A DNA stretch of 64,000 nucleotides, from the UHGV virus genome UHGV-1558314. One strand, 5' to 3'. The notes under the pieces were generated by a model, which saw only the letters and a list, made by a program, of their open reading frames with translations, ran no database searches and had not been told where the DNA came from. Source of the stretch: a virus. Position numbers and translations under genes: made by a program. Position 1 is the stretch's first letter. Each line of letters opens with the position of its first letter. Positions 26,026-36,131 of this stretch are shown here, piece by piece.

Positions 26026-27582
26026 TCATTGCACTTCTACGAATGGCTCTTTCAACACAAAGCTGTCACCATTGCAACATGCGGCTGAGCCATCGTCTGC
26101 ATCAAGTGCGCATGACATATCAGACTTGCAGAACTTGCAATATGAACATGACCATGCATGACTCATAAAGTTGTTTGCTTCACAAATTACACAGCGCTCA
26201 TGTGAAAGTGTATTGTCGCAATTGTCACAAGACTTCTTGATTGGCACATCTTTATTGATATATGCAAGATGCAATGCAATATCATACACAAAGTCACCCG
26301 TATATTGCTGAATGAAATCAGTGTGCCACAACTCTTTTAACAATTGTGTATGTCTATATGGCTGAACAATGTCTTCAAGATGCTGCAAGTCATCATCGCT
26401 AACCATGAGCTTCTTAATGACAAACTGTTTGAACTGCGGCCATCTGTCAAACATATAGAGTTTGCATGAGTTGTGCACAAGTGGAACACAGCCAAGCACA
26501 ATGCTTTCACAGAATCTACGCAAACTAAAACAGTTTGCATCATATGACGGCACAATCAATGTGAATCTGCTATGCTTGATGAGTTCAAGGTATGTGTCAT
26601 ATGGCAGTAGCTTGTCTGACAATGGCTGCTGTTGCTTGTCCCTGCTGAAAAATCTGAACACAATGCCTTTATCAATTGCATCTTGATTGTGCAGATGCAT
26701 GAGTTTGTTGATGAGTTCTGTGCGTTCAGTTTTGTCTCGCCAAGTATTCGTCAATGCAAATGCAAAATTCAGTCGCTTGTCATCAAACGTCGCTTCAATG
26801 TCATCCCAAGTTTTGTCATGCAAATACCAGTATTGCTGTGATGGGCACCATCCATAATATGCAATAGCGTCTTGTTCTGCTGTAACGTCATACACATATG
26901 CAGAATTGTATTCAAGGCCAAGCCCTTTGACATTGTTGCAGTCATGAAAGTACCAATGCTGCACTTTGAATATCTTTGATGCACTGAATGCGCTTTCATA
27001 TGGCCCTGAATAGCGATAGTCAATGTAATTGAGCTTGTGCTGCAATGGGTCTTCGACAAAGTTGTTTATGACTGTGCCTTGTTGTTTGCCATTAGTCTTG
27101 CGAGCATTCAATGCAATATTGTACTGCATAATGACTGACAGCATCTCATACACTACATACATGAGTGCTTTGTAGACTGAGCCTGCTGCGTCAATTAGCG
27201 GCAAATCACGTTTGACTGATGCAGTACCAAATGTCTTGCAATATGCAGAAAATGTATCAAGTTCTGCCTGTTGAAATGAATTGCATGCGCCATTGAATAT
27301 GTTGAATGTTGCAATGTAGCTCATATTACAAGATGTCATTGACATATCAAGACGCTTCATAATGTCAGCAATGCGACATTGAGCAAAATCTGACACATCA
27401 ACATATTTGACATGATGACCTGATGCAGTCAAGCCAACTGCGACTTCTTTCATTTGTGGCACAAAGCCTACTACAATGAACAAGTCATCTTTGTTTGCTC
27501 GTTCAAACATTGCTGCACTTTTCCAAGTCAATGAATTGAAAAAGTCTATGTAGCCAGTCTGTGTGATGATATGTGTTCTCAT
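26026..27582 (-). CDS. putative DNA glycosyltransferase, GT-B-like (paralog A2) with Cys-rich C-terminal tail
   Basis: Paralog of 21763..23001 (VEDPLQHKLNYID, CPSQQYWY, VPSYDANCFSLRRFCESIVLGCVPLV). Extra C-terminal Cys cluster (CDNCDN...CVICE...CSYCKFCK). Confidence 0.45.
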   Translation of the reverse strand: MRTHIITQTGYIDFFNSLTWKSAAMFERANKDDLFIVVGFVPQMKEVAVGLTASGHHVKYVDVSDFAQCRIADIMKRLDMSMTSCNMSYIATFNIFNGACNSFQQAELDTFSAYCKTFGTASVKRDLPLIDAAGSVYKALMYVVYEMLSVIMQYNIALNARKTNGKQQGTVINNFVEDPLQHKLNYIDYRYSGPYESAFSASKIFKVQHWYFHDCNNVKGLGLEYNSAYVYDVTAEQDAIAYYGWCPSQQYWYLHDKTWDDIEATFDDKRLNFAFALTNTWRDKTERTELINKLMHLHNQDAIDKGIVFRFFSRDKQQQPLSDKLLPYDTYLELIKHSRFTLIVPSYDANCFSLRRFCESIVLGCVPLVHNSCKLYMFDRWPQFKQFVIKKLMVSDDDLQHLEDIVQPYRHTQLLKELWHTDFIQQYTGDFVYDIALHLAYINKDVPIKKSCDNCDNTLSHERCVICEANNFMSHAWSCSYCKFCKSDMSCALDADDGSAACCNGDSFVLKEPFVEVQ

Positions 27583-28745
27583 GATTTGAATGTTTGTTCA
27601 AGAATTGTGTAACACTGCACAATCATTACTGCAAGAGCTTTTTGCTGTGCTTGTTTGCAATCATCAAAATTTGTGGGCGCAGTGCGTACGCGTGTTTTGC
27701 TATTAAGTGTCGCAAATGTCGCGTAGTCATCGAAGCCTATAATGTCAGCAAATAGGGCAATTGGCTTATAATCTACAAGTATGTTGCAGCAATTTGCAAG
27801 TACGCCTTCAACCCATCGATTTGGCAGCAAGTCTGCTTGCACATACAATGAATCACCAACTACAAGATTGTATGCCGACTGTGACATTACACGCGGCATT
27901 GCATCGTATGTGACTTTGTATTTAAGTGTAAAGTTTGGTGCTGCTGATTTAATCGCAGACAAAATTGTGTCATCAAGATATGATGTTATGAGACACGTGT
28001 CGCACATATGTATGACAAATTGTTCAATCACACTTCTACGATACTCGTCAAGATATGTGAAACCTGCACAACTTGCACAGCATGCATATTGCTGCTTTAT
28101 GTCAGCAAAGCTACGCACATGAGCTTCAATTGCATTTTGCATCGTTACTTGTAGTTTAAGCAATCTTGGCTCTTTAATGTATTGAAGCTTCAATGCATTG
28201 ACTGCTGCAATGATTTGCAATGGGGCAAACACACATTGAGACTCATCAAGCCAAGCGTATTTGAGATTTTTGTGCTGGCATAGATGCGTAATGTTGTCTT
28301 TTTGTGATTCTAAGTACTCTTTGTAATTGTGCAATCGCTTTGTCAATGTGCATTCTTTATCAAAGTCGAATCGCAAATCAGTTGTTAGTGTAAATTTGCG
28401 AGCGTTTGACAAACACCATGTTTTGAATGCATTCCACAGAACATCTTGCTGAAATTCTGAGCAATGTTCAAGAGCAGCCTTTGAACCTTGCCAGAATATT
28501 GCGCAATCATCTGATTTTGCGCACTTCAGCATATCTTGCCATGCATGTATGTTATTGATAATATGCACATTATCATACACAAGCTCATCAAGTATTGCAT
28601 GCTTGTTCTCAGGGTCGCCAAACACATATACAGCATCAAACATTGTCTGCACAAAACCTGCAAATGCAATAGGTTCTGTATGCTTAAGATGCTGTACGTC
28701 TGAACGCACGCATGTGTCAAATTTCAAAATGAATAGTTTGCTCAT
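27579..28745 (-). CDS. hypothetical DNA-modification-associated protein (paralog B2)
   Basis: Paralog of 22983..24158; same position relative to its A partner. Confidence 0.4.
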   Translation of the reverse strand: MSKLFILKFDTCVRSDVQHLKHTEPIAFAGFVQTMFDAVYVFGDPENKHAILDELVYDNVHIINNIHAWQDMLKCAKSDDCAIFWQGSKAALEHCSEFQQDVLWNAFKTWCLSNARKFTLTTDLRFDFDKECTLTKRLHNYKEYLESQKDNITHLCQHKNLKYAWLDESQCVFAPLQIIAAVNALKLQYIKEPRLLKLQVTMQNAIEAHVRSFADIKQQYACCASCAGFTYLDEYRRSVIEQFVIHMCDTCLITSYLDDTILSAIKSAAPNFTLKYKVTYDAMPRVMSQSAYNLVVGDSLYVQADLLPNRWVEGVLANCCNILVDYKPIALFADIIGFDDYATFATLNSKTRVRTAPTNFDDCKQAQQKALAVMIVQCYTILEQTFKS

Positions 28746-29442
28746 ATACTTTGCAATTATCTATTACATGTTGATATTGTACTTCATCTATGATGTGATT
28801 TGCAATGACACCATATGAGGCGTCATACATTGGCATCTTCTCATATGACAATGCTGCGTCAAGATTGCATATCACATAATTGCAATGCACAATGTCATCT
28901 ACATTGTCACTAACTGCTACGATATTGACACACTTTGCAAGAAATGCATCATCAAAGTCTACTTGATTGCATGCAACCTCATAATCTGCTGCGCTTCTTG
29001 GGTACCAATATAACTCAATGCCAGCACTACTAAGTAGTCGCAAGCCATCTATGTGATGATACAAGTCAACAAAATGCACTTGCTTAACGCCTGCTTGCAA
29101 AATAAGCTTTGCGCAATCAATGCATGGACTGTATGTTACATACAGCACTGCGTCATTTGCGGTCGCATTGCCATATTTGCACAGCTTCATCAATGCGTTT
29201 GATTCTGCATGCAAAACTTCTTTGTTGGTTTTGATACCTGCCGATGTTGCATGCTCACAACAATTTGACATGCCAGTTGGCATGCCATTGTAGCCATCTG
29301 AAATTATGCAACCATTTTTTACAAGCAATGCGCCAACTTTTGCTCGCTGAGCATATGAATTTAATGACCAAAGCTCAGCCATTTTAAGATATATGAGATT
29401 TCGTTGAAACTGCTTTGTTTCAGACCAAGTTAGCCATTTCAT
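28717..29442 (-). CDS. dCMP deaminase (zinc-dependent cytidine/deoxycytidylate deaminase family)
   Basis: Zinc-ligand motifs LHAESNAL (H-A-E) and YSPCIDCAKL (P-C-x-x-C). Confidence 0.8.
   Translation of the reverse strand: MKWLTWSETKQFQRNLIYLKMAELWSLNSYAQRAKVGALLVKNGCIISDGYNGMPTGMSNCCEHATSAGIKTNKEVLHAESNALMKLCKYGNATANDAVLYVTYSPCIDCAKLILQAGVKQVHFVDLYHHIDGLRLLSSAGIELYWYPRSAADYEVACNQVDFDDAFLAKCVNIVAVSDNVDDIVHCNYVICNLDAALSYEKMPMYDASYGVIANHIIDEVQYQHVIDNCKVYEQTIHFEI
28763..28791 (-). promoter_or_regulatory. partial copy of conserved promoter motif inside the 3' end of the dCMP deaminase gene
   Basis: Minus-sense GAAGTACAATATCAACATGTAAT, about 18 nt upstream of the B2 start codon at 28745. Confidence 0.35.
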
Positions 29443-29446
29443 ATGC

Positions 29447-30829
29447 TTACAGTGAGTTTATAATTTTGATAAAGTCTGTTACAATGTTTGTATGCAACTC
29501 AATGAGATAGTTGTCTTGTAATGTCATAAGCTCATCAAGTTCATCTACACTTAATGACTTGAAGACTTCTGCACAATGCTTGGCATTTTTGATGTGTGCG
29601 ACTTTATGATACTTGATAAAGTCAGGACACACACAATTATTCACGTACATACAAGGCAAGCCTGCAAGCATTGATTCAGTTGCTCTGAATGTAATTGCGT
29701 TGCATTGTTTCATATTCTCTTCACACACAATGTATGCAAAGTCGAACTGCGACAAGTATGTTAACATGTCAAAATACTTGATTGTGCCATTATAGACATG
29801 TGGCATATCAATGTCGATATTGCCGACAACATGAGTTTCGATGTCTGCGCAGCCAAGCAAATCAATGACTTCTTGTTTGCGTTCAGCGCACATGTCATTC
29901 CAAGCAACCATCGGCATTGCAGTAGTCAACTTGCCTGATTGCAATTTTGCTAAACGTTTTTCGTTATGTGATGCATACAATGGAATGCCTTCAAGTCTTG
30001 CATGCTGAATTGTGTTGACATTGATTTCTGTCAGCATTGACAACGCATTATGCATGTTCTGTGCTTGTGTGACAACTGTCATCTTTTTGCAGCGCAATCT
30101 AAAGTTTGCAATGTGTGGCACGAGTCGTAAATCATACCACAGCCATACAATGTCACCCTTCCATGACTCAATAAGCTGCTTGTGCTGTTTGTAGATGACT
30201 GACTGACTCATCAAGTCATTCATTGCTGAGCATACAATGTACAACACACCATATTTGTCAATTGAGTGCTGCACATAGTCAACTGAGCAGCATAGCACAT
30301 CTTTGTCGAAAAGTTTTGGGTCATGCACTTCTGCATCATCTACAATAAGATGTGCCTTGTATTGATGCTGCTTTGTTGCATCAATGATGCGAGCAATTGC
30401 AAAGCATTCTCTACTTTGAATGTCTGTCTTATCTTGTCGTGGTTGGTCTTGTGTTCGTACAGGATATGCAGGCTTAAGTATTACAGGCACAAAATGTGTT
30501 TTTGCAGAATATGGTGCATCTACTGCAGCAAACTCCGCGTTGCATCGTTGTGAATGCAGATGTCGTGCATATGATTGCAACAATTCATGAATCATTGCAA
30601 TGTACTCTTTCAATTCAAACAGCTCGTGTACAGTTGCGTTTGTTATGTCGACTACGACAGTTTGTCGCACAATTGGATACACACAAATAACGTAATCATT
30701 ATATGATAGTGGAATGCCTATAAATGCTGAGCATCTGTTTCGAAGCCATGCAATGCAATCAGCGTCAAACACAATTTCATATTGCTGCTGCAAAGCATTT
30801 AATTGCGCTATAATCAAATCATTGTGCAT
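29447..30829 (-). CDS. putative glycosyltransferase-like protein (family C)
   Basis: C-terminal ITFRATESMLAGLPCMYV resembles the GT-B acceptor/donor motif (R-x-x-E...G-x-P). Confidence 0.4.
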   Translation of the reverse strand: MHNDLIIAQLNALQQQYEIVFDADCIAWLRNRCSAFIGIPLSYNDYVICVYPIVRQTVVVDITNATVHELFELKEYIAMIHELLQSYARHLHSQRCNAEFAAVDAPYSAKTHFVPVILKPAYPVRTQDQPRQDKTDIQSRECFAIARIIDATKQHQYKAHLIVDDAEVHDPKLFDKDVLCCSVDYVQHSIDKYGVLYIVCSAMNDLMSQSVIYKQHKQLIESWKGDIVWLWYDLRLVPHIANFRLRCKKMTVVTQAQNMHNALSMLTEINVNTIQHARLEGIPLYASHNEKRLAKLQSGKLTTAMPMVAWNDMCAERKQEVIDLLGCADIETHVVGNIDIDMPHVYNGTIKYFDMLTYLSQFDFAYIVCEENMKQCNAITFRATESMLAGLPCMYVNNCVCPDFIKYHKVAHIKNAKHCAEVFKSLSVDELDELMTLQDNYLIELHTNIVTDFIKIINSL

Positions 30830-30845
30830 ATTCGTATTGTTTTAT

Positions 30846-30874
30846 CATATATGAATATATTGTACAACATGTAT
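30846..30874 (-). promoter_or_regulatory. conserved promoter motif (ATACAT-N17-TATATG variant)
   Basis: Minus-sense ATACATGTTGTACAATATATTCATATATG, 16 nt upstream of the ATG at 30829. Confidence 0.45.
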
Positions 30875-30970
30875 TGAGCTTTTGCACAACATATGTTGTT
30901 AAAATATCATCATTGTACAACATAAAGCGCATATTTGCACGTTGTGTTGCTAAAAATATTGTTATTGTAC

Positions 30971-31004
30971 ACAAAACAAGCAGACTGCAATTGCAGTCTG
31001 CTTG
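30971..31004 (-). terminator. rho-independent terminator (perfect 28-bp palindrome) followed by TTTTGT
   Basis: CAAGCAGACTGCAATTGCAGTCTGCTTG; stem near-identical to the hairpin at 14632-14666. Confidence 0.55.
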
Positions 31005-31051
31005 CACTTGTTATTAACCCTTAAAATCAATGACACTATGTCAATGTCATT

Positions 31052-31597
31052 TTAGTTTGCGTCCGCTTCCTGCGATTCAGCTTCAGCAGACTTTTCAGCA
31101 AGTTCTGCTTGCTTGCGTTTGTCAATTTCCTGCAAGCAAGTATCAAGTGCAGTAGCATTTTCACGATACTGCTCGTCGAACTTCTGTACTTCTGCTGCAG
31201 GTGCCTCAAGCAGATTGTTGAGCGAATCCAGTGCTGCAGCAACCTGAGCACCCTTGAACTTCGTTGTAGATACTGCACGAACAATGTACTTGAACTCGAA
31301 GATGCCCATGGTGCTTCGTCCTTTTGCAGCGTCAGTAGCCCATGCAGCAAATGCGACAACATCACGCATAAGTCGCATATCAAACTCAAGCTGCGGCAAA
31401 ACAAGTTCGCACACATTACGTGCAACAGACTTGAGCAATTCGCCATCAGTCGTGACAATCATCTGCATTGACTGCGATTTGTCTTCGAGTTCTTTTCGAG
31501 CTTCACTGAGCAACTTTTCAAGTGCTTTCAGCTGCTCCATTGTCATGTCTTTGAGTTCAGTTGCAGGCTTTGCTGCAACAGCATTTTTCTTTGCCAT
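31052..31597 (-). CDS. hypothetical protein (181 aa), predicted helical with acidic C-terminus
   Basis: ORF track; charged, Ala/Lys/Glu-rich sequence. Confidence 0.45.
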   Translation of the reverse strand: MAKKNAVAAKPATELKDMTMEQLKALEKLLSEARKELEDKSQSMQMIVTTDGELLKSVARNVCELVLPQLEFDMRLMRDVVAFAAWATDAAKGRSTMGIFEFKYIVRAVSTTKFKGAQVAAALDSLNNLLEAPAAEVQKFDEQYRENATALDTCLQEIDKRKQAELAEKSAEAESQEADAN

Positions 31598-31610
31598 ATG
31601 AATAAATGTG

Positions 31611-32171
31611 TTATGAGATGATTTTGATGATTGCTAATGCTAATGTTGCTAAGCACAATGCGCTTAACAGAATCTTCCATATTGTGGCAGAATATCTTAA
31701 CAATCGTAAGGGCTGTTCTTCTGCATATGCAAGATATTCGAGTTCAGCAACATTTGACATCACTGTTCTAATGATGCCATTGCCAGTGTAGTTATGTCGA
31801 AGTGTTACGACATCAAGCAGATTGTTTTGCACAAGTTGATTGAAGACAGGTTCCATGCGTTCATGCATGATGTGCTCAACAATTGCGACTGAGTCAAGTG
31901 CTTCAAATTCTGTGCCCTGTATTGTTGCAATGACTTCAGCAGGGAGCTGCGTATGCACAATGAGACATCGTTGTTCATTGAACAATGCAAATCCACTGTT
32001 CTTCAAAAATGTCAAAAAGTACTCATGCTCAGGGTCATTAAGATAGTCAAGCAGATATTGATGCCACTTGTTAGCTTCTGCATCAAGCTTGTTTAGACGT
32101 CGAATGACACCAAATGGCCATAGAGCCAATTTGGTATTGTGGAGGACGGTTTTATATTTCATATGCATCAA
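31611..32171 (-). CDS. hypothetical protein with C-terminal membrane anchor
   Basis: ORF track; C-terminal ILLSALCLATLALAIIKII. Confidence 0.45.
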   Translation of the reverse strand: MMHMKYKTVLHNTKLALWPFGVIRRLNKLDAEANKWHQYLLDYLNDPEHEYFLTFLKNSGFALFNEQRCLIVHTQLPAEVIATIQGTEFEALDSVAIVEHIMHERMEPVFNQLVQNNLLDVVTLRHNYTGNGIIRTVMSNVAELEYLAYAEEQPLRLLRYSATIWKILLSALCLATLALAIIKIIS

Positions 32172-33166
32172 TGTTCAAGATGACATGCACCATTCTGACA
32201 GCCCGCATTGCCATCTGACATGCTTGCAAGATTTGCATTGCTGTCACCACCAGCAGCTTGACCAATATTACCAGATGAGCCAACAATGCTTATGAGTCTG
32301 CTGTCAGACATTGCAGAGCCTGCATTAGCCGAACCTGATTTGCTTGGCAATGATATTCTGGCTTCATCATAGTTGCCACCAAAAGTGATGTTCAAGTCAA
32401 GTGTAGAATCATCACCATCAATATCAATGTTGTGCTCGTAGTCTGTGATGATGTCATCGCCAGCCCATATATTATCGCCAGAATTAATTGCAGGATATTG
32501 CAAGTGTAATGTCAATGGAAGCTTGATGACTGCATCAATGTCTTCTTTGCCATGCGCAATTGTATGCTGAGCATCCATAGAAGACACATCGAATTCATAT
32601 GACGCGCCATGCATAGTGCCCGCCCAGACAAAACCATACATGTTCAACTGATACAGCTTGCTAAGCAGATACTCGTAAGTCTCAAGCGCAGTTAGCCAAT
32701 CTGTTGAAAACACTTGAACATTGATTGCAAAATCTACTGGTATTCGTCTCATTGTGCTATACAATGCAGCAGGCACGCTGTCAATTGTAGCAATCAAACG
32801 AATCTGTGTATCTTGCATGCCAAGCGCTTGTTTGTTGATTCGAGGCGACTCTACTTCAACAACGCATCGCGGCACAGTTTGAACAAAGTTCTTCGCGTCA
32901 ACAAATGCATTTTCAAGTGAATTTGTTGGTGTATTGCCAACTGGGCTTGAGCCTTTACCAACAAGTTCACCTGACCAATATCGTTGGTCGCCAGTGCTCA
33001 GCATGTATGTAGGCATATTCAGACGAGCATACAAATCAGACAGCAGGCCAATAAATGCATTACGAAAGAAGTGCTGAAATGTCACGTCTTTTGCATTGAC
33101 TTGCTGTTTGATTGCAGCTTGAGCTGATTTCAGCTCAGCCGAGCCTCTGTTCAGTGAATCTTTCAT
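32168..33166 (-). CDS. hypothetical protein (332 aa)
   Basis: ORF track; Gly/Ser-rich C-terminal tail. Confidence 0.45.
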   Translation of the reverse strand: MKDSLNRGSAELKSAQAAIKQQVNAKDVTFQHFFRNAFIGLLSDLYARLNMPTYMLSTGDQRYWSGELVGKGSSPVGNTPTNSLENAFVDAKNFVQTVPRCVVEVESPRINKQALGMQDTQIRLIATIDSVPAALYSTMRRIPVDFAINVQVFSTDWLTALETYEYLLSKLYQLNMYGFVWAGTMHGASYEFDVSSMDAQHTIAHGKEDIDAVIKLPLTLHLQYPAINSGDNIWAGDDIITDYEHNIDIDGDDSTLDLNITFGGNYDEARISLPSKSGSANAGSAMSDSRLISIVGSSGNIGQAAGGDSNANLASMSDGNAGCQNGACHLEH

Positions 33167-33597
33167 TGGTCAAGCATATCATTAGCAGCTTTTTGCTGCA
33201 TAACGAGTTTTAGCAAAGCGTCATTGCCCTGTGATTCAAGCATGTTTTTAGCTATGATGAGCTTGTTTGTGTATGACAACTGGTCCCAACAAAGCTTTGT
33301 GTCAAGCTCATAGTATGTGTTGATTGCATCAAACACATCGATAAGCTGCAAAGCGTTTTTTGTTAACGCAGCGCATTTTGCAATGCACTCATTGTACTTT
33401 GTAGGTTCAATGAACTTATATTTGCGAAGTCTTATTCTAATGTACCTGTGATACGAAGACTTTTGCAAAAACTGTTCTATTGTAGATGTTGCTAATGCTA
33501 CTACAGTGTCGTCATTGATTGAAAGCTTGTCGTATTTGATTTCAAACCGCTCAAGTTCCGTAGATAGCCATTCATTGTCAAATATCGACTTACCCAT
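33163..33597 (-). CDS. hypothetical protein (144 aa)
   Basis: ORF track; operon packing. Confidence 0.45.
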   Translation of the reverse strand: MGKSIFDNEWLSTELERFEIKYDKLSINDDTVVALATSTIEQFLQKSSYHRYIRIRLRKYKFIEPTKYNECIAKCAALTKNALQLIDVFDAINTYYELDTKLCWDQLSYTNKLIIAKNMLESQGNDALLKLVMQQKAANDMLDQ

Positions 33598-33621
33598 AGT
33601 GTATGAACTGCTTGTAGCGTG

Positions 33622-33939
33622 TTATTGCATATTGTCGACAATCAGTTGTTCAAGTGCAATAGCTGACAATGCACCAGTTGCACGACCAGCTTCAATGCAA
33701 TCACGAAAGACAATTGTCGTTGGTACTGAACGAACATTATGAGTGCTATCAAGCTCATCGCACTCTTCAACATTCACTTCAGCAAATGTCACCTTGCCAT
33801 TGAATTTCTTTTCAGTTGACTCGAAAATTGGTGCATAGCCTTGACAAGGCACGCACCATGGCGCACTGAACTTCACTACAACGAGTTGATTGTTTGCAAG
33901 TGCTCGAGCCATTTCGGCTTTATGTTTGAGTTGCAACAT
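33622..33939 (-). CDS. thioredoxin
   Basis: Active-site APWCVPCQ (W-C-x-P-C) in a 105-aa protein of thioredoxin size. Confidence 0.75.
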   Translation of the reverse strand: MLQLKHKAEMARALANNQLVVVKFSAPWCVPCQGYAPIFESTEKKFNGKVTFAEVNVEECDELDSTHNVRSVPTTIVFRDCIEAGRATGALSAIALEQLIVDNMQ

Positions 33940-33981
33940 ATCTTTTTATGTTTGTTTGTTGACAATATATGTATATTTGCA

Positions 33982-34437
33982 TTACTCATCATCTTCTACA
34001 GCAAGAACAGCTTCAAGCAATCTTGCGGTGCCTTTGCTAATGTTCTTGTCTTTGACGTTGGTGAGCTTTTTAAGGTCATACTGCATGATGCGCTCAAGCT
34101 TCTTTGCAGACTTGACTATGTCAACATCTTCAGCACGCATTGCTTTTGCAATTTGTGCAGCAAAGATGCACTTGTAGATATCAAGTTCTACGAAATCTGC
34201 TGCTTTGATGTCCTGTTCTTTGTACAGCTCAGTCAATGCTAAGCCAAACTGATTTGACGCTCTGTCAAAATCAACTTTTGTTGCGGGCTGTTGTGTTGCA
34301 TTTGCTACAGCTTGAATTCGCTTTGTGACAAGCAAATAAGTGTCAAACACACCTTTGAGGTCTCGCTGCTCAACTATAGGCCGCAGCATTTCTTTGATTT
34401 CAGTAGAATTGAACGGTTGCATATTGTTTATTAGCAT
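33982..34437 (-). CDS. hypothetical protein (151 aa)
   Basis: ORF track. Confidence 0.45.
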   Translation of the reverse strand: MLINNMQPFNSTEIKEMLRPIVEQRDLKGVFDTYLLVTKRIQAVANATQQPATKVDFDRASNQFGLALTELYKEQDIKAADFVELDIYKCIFAAQIAKAMRAEDVDIVKSAKKLERIMQYDLKKLTNVKDKNISKGTARLLEAVLAVEDDE

Positions 34438-34455
34438 TTATATTGATAATGTACA

Positions 34456-36051
34456 TCAAAGTTTGAATTTTTGCACTTTTGCATCTACTGGCATCTTTTC
34501 AGCGTCATAGATTCGTTTTCGAGCAGCAAAGTGTTGCATGTCATAATTGCAGTAGCAGTAGCCTTTGCGAAGCTTGACAAGCATATCACTGTGAATTGTA
34601 AGCTTATGTGCAATATCAATAATGATTGCTTTCTGCTTAAGTGGATGCTTACGCAACAGTCGCCCAATTGACTGCAATGTTACGTTGTCAGATTTGCCAA
34701 TCATCAAGAATGCAGCATAAAACCAAGCATGCACAGATACGCCTGTAGATAATGTGCCAGTTGTTGCAATCATGATGTGTCTATCAGGCTCTGCTTCCAT
34801 CATTGCAAGCATGTCTTTGCGTTCATGCAAGGGTACATCACCTCTAATGATGTGAACAACCTTGTCAACACCAGACTGCTGTATGAATGTTTGACATGCA
34901 TCATAGATGTTCTGCACATGGTCTCGTCGTTTGCAAAGCACAAGAGCATTTTTGTCAAGCGAACAAATGATTTTTGCAATGAGCTTGTTAGCATCGACGT
35001 AGTTCATGCAATGATGTTGTTCTGCTGGAAGCAGTCTTGCAGTGTTATCAAACACTTCAGGATGCTCTTCAAGATACTGCACAAATGACGCATCATATTC
35101 TGCTGAATGCTCAATGACTACTCGTTTAATTTCAAAGTCAGACACGATGTTCTTTTCGAGTGCTTGAGCTACACCAAATGTACCCAATATTGGCCCAATG
35201 TAAGATTCAATTGTCAAACGAGCTGCAGTGTGCTCAAGTGGCAATGAACCAGAAACTCCAAGACGATAATGAGCTTTTGTGCAATGACTGAAGATTTCAC
35301 GAATTGATGCTGCAGGTGCACCATGAGCTTCATCAGTTACAATGAAGTCGAACTGTTCGAAAAAATCTGCTGGCATATTAACAAGACTTTGATATGTGCC
35401 GACAACCATATCTGCATCTTGCATCTTGTACTCATTGCGAACGCCTGAATGGATTTTGTAGAGCTTGTAGTTCTTGTTTGCTAAATCTGACTCATTTTGT
35501 TGATAGCTGACAACAATATCGTCAAATGCTTGTGACACGAGATGCACCGAGGGCACAATCATAAGTGTTTTGCCATTGATTCTCTTGCTATCTTTTAAGA
35601 AGCGACTAATTACATAAACAAGAGCTGTTTTGCCATAAGAAGTCGCAAGGCGTAAACAGCATTTCTTGAATTTGCAAGCAGTCAAAATAAACTTGAGCTG
35701 GTCGTCACGCATGTCAAATGGCATGTCAAGACATTCTGCCCATTGCTCAAGTTCTTCAAGCGACACAATGCGGTCAAAGTTGTCAATGAGGCCCTCAATC
35801 TTGACTTCGTATGGAATTGGCTTACGCAATTGTAAGTCCCAAATACGCTTCCATAAGCCAAATGGTAGGTATATGCCATTAAACACATAGCAAATTTGCC
35901 CATTCCAATCTGTTTTGCGCCCTTTGCGCTTATTGACTGCTGCTGCAACAAAGTTTGGCACTTCTGCAGTAGCTTCAGCGTATAATTGCTTGGCTTCCAA
36001 ATCATTTGCTTCGACAATCTGAAGCAAATCACCTATGACTTTGAGTCTCAT
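34456..36051 (-). CDS. SF2 DEAH-box DNA helicase (UvsW-like)
   Basis: Walker A LATSYGKTALVYVI, DEAH box FIVTDEAHGAPAA, motif VI LQSIGRLLRKHP. Confidence 0.65.
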   Translation of the reverse strand: MRLKVIGDLLQIVEANDLEAKQLYAEATAEVPNFVAAAVNKRKGRKTDWNGQICYVFNGIYLPFGLWKRIWDLQLRKPIPYEVKIEGLIDNFDRIVSLEELEQWAECLDMPFDMRDDQLKFILTACKFKKCCLRLATSYGKTALVYVISRFLKDSKRINGKTLMIVPSVHLVSQAFDDIVVSYQQNESDLANKNYKLYKIHSGVRNEYKMQDADMVVGTYQSLVNMPADFFEQFDFIVTDEAHGAPAASIREIFSHCTKAHYRLGVSGSLPLEHTAARLTIESYIGPILGTFGVAQALEKNIVSDFEIKRVVIEHSAEYDASFVQYLEEHPEVFDNTARLLPAEQHHCMNYVDANKLIAKIICSLDKNALVLCKRRDHVQNIYDACQTFIQQSGVDKVVHIIRGDVPLHERKDMLAMMEAEPDRHIMIATTGTLSTGVSVHAWFYAAFLMIGKSDNVTLQSIGRLLRKHPLKQKAIIIDIAHKLTIHSDMLVKLRKGYCYCNYDMQHFAARKRIYDAEKMPVDAKVQKFKL

Positions 36052-36065
36052 GACATGACTTGTTA

Positions 36066-36105
36066 AATGAAAAGAGGCTCAGACAAACAATGTCTGTCTG
36101 AGCCT
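36066..36105 (-). terminator. rho-independent terminator after the SSB gene
   Basis: 12-bp stem GAGGCTCAGACA / TGTCTGAGCCTC, followed on the minus strand by TTTTCATTT. Confidence 0.55.
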
Positions 36106-36131
36106 CGAGCATCTTTGATGCGCTTGTACTG

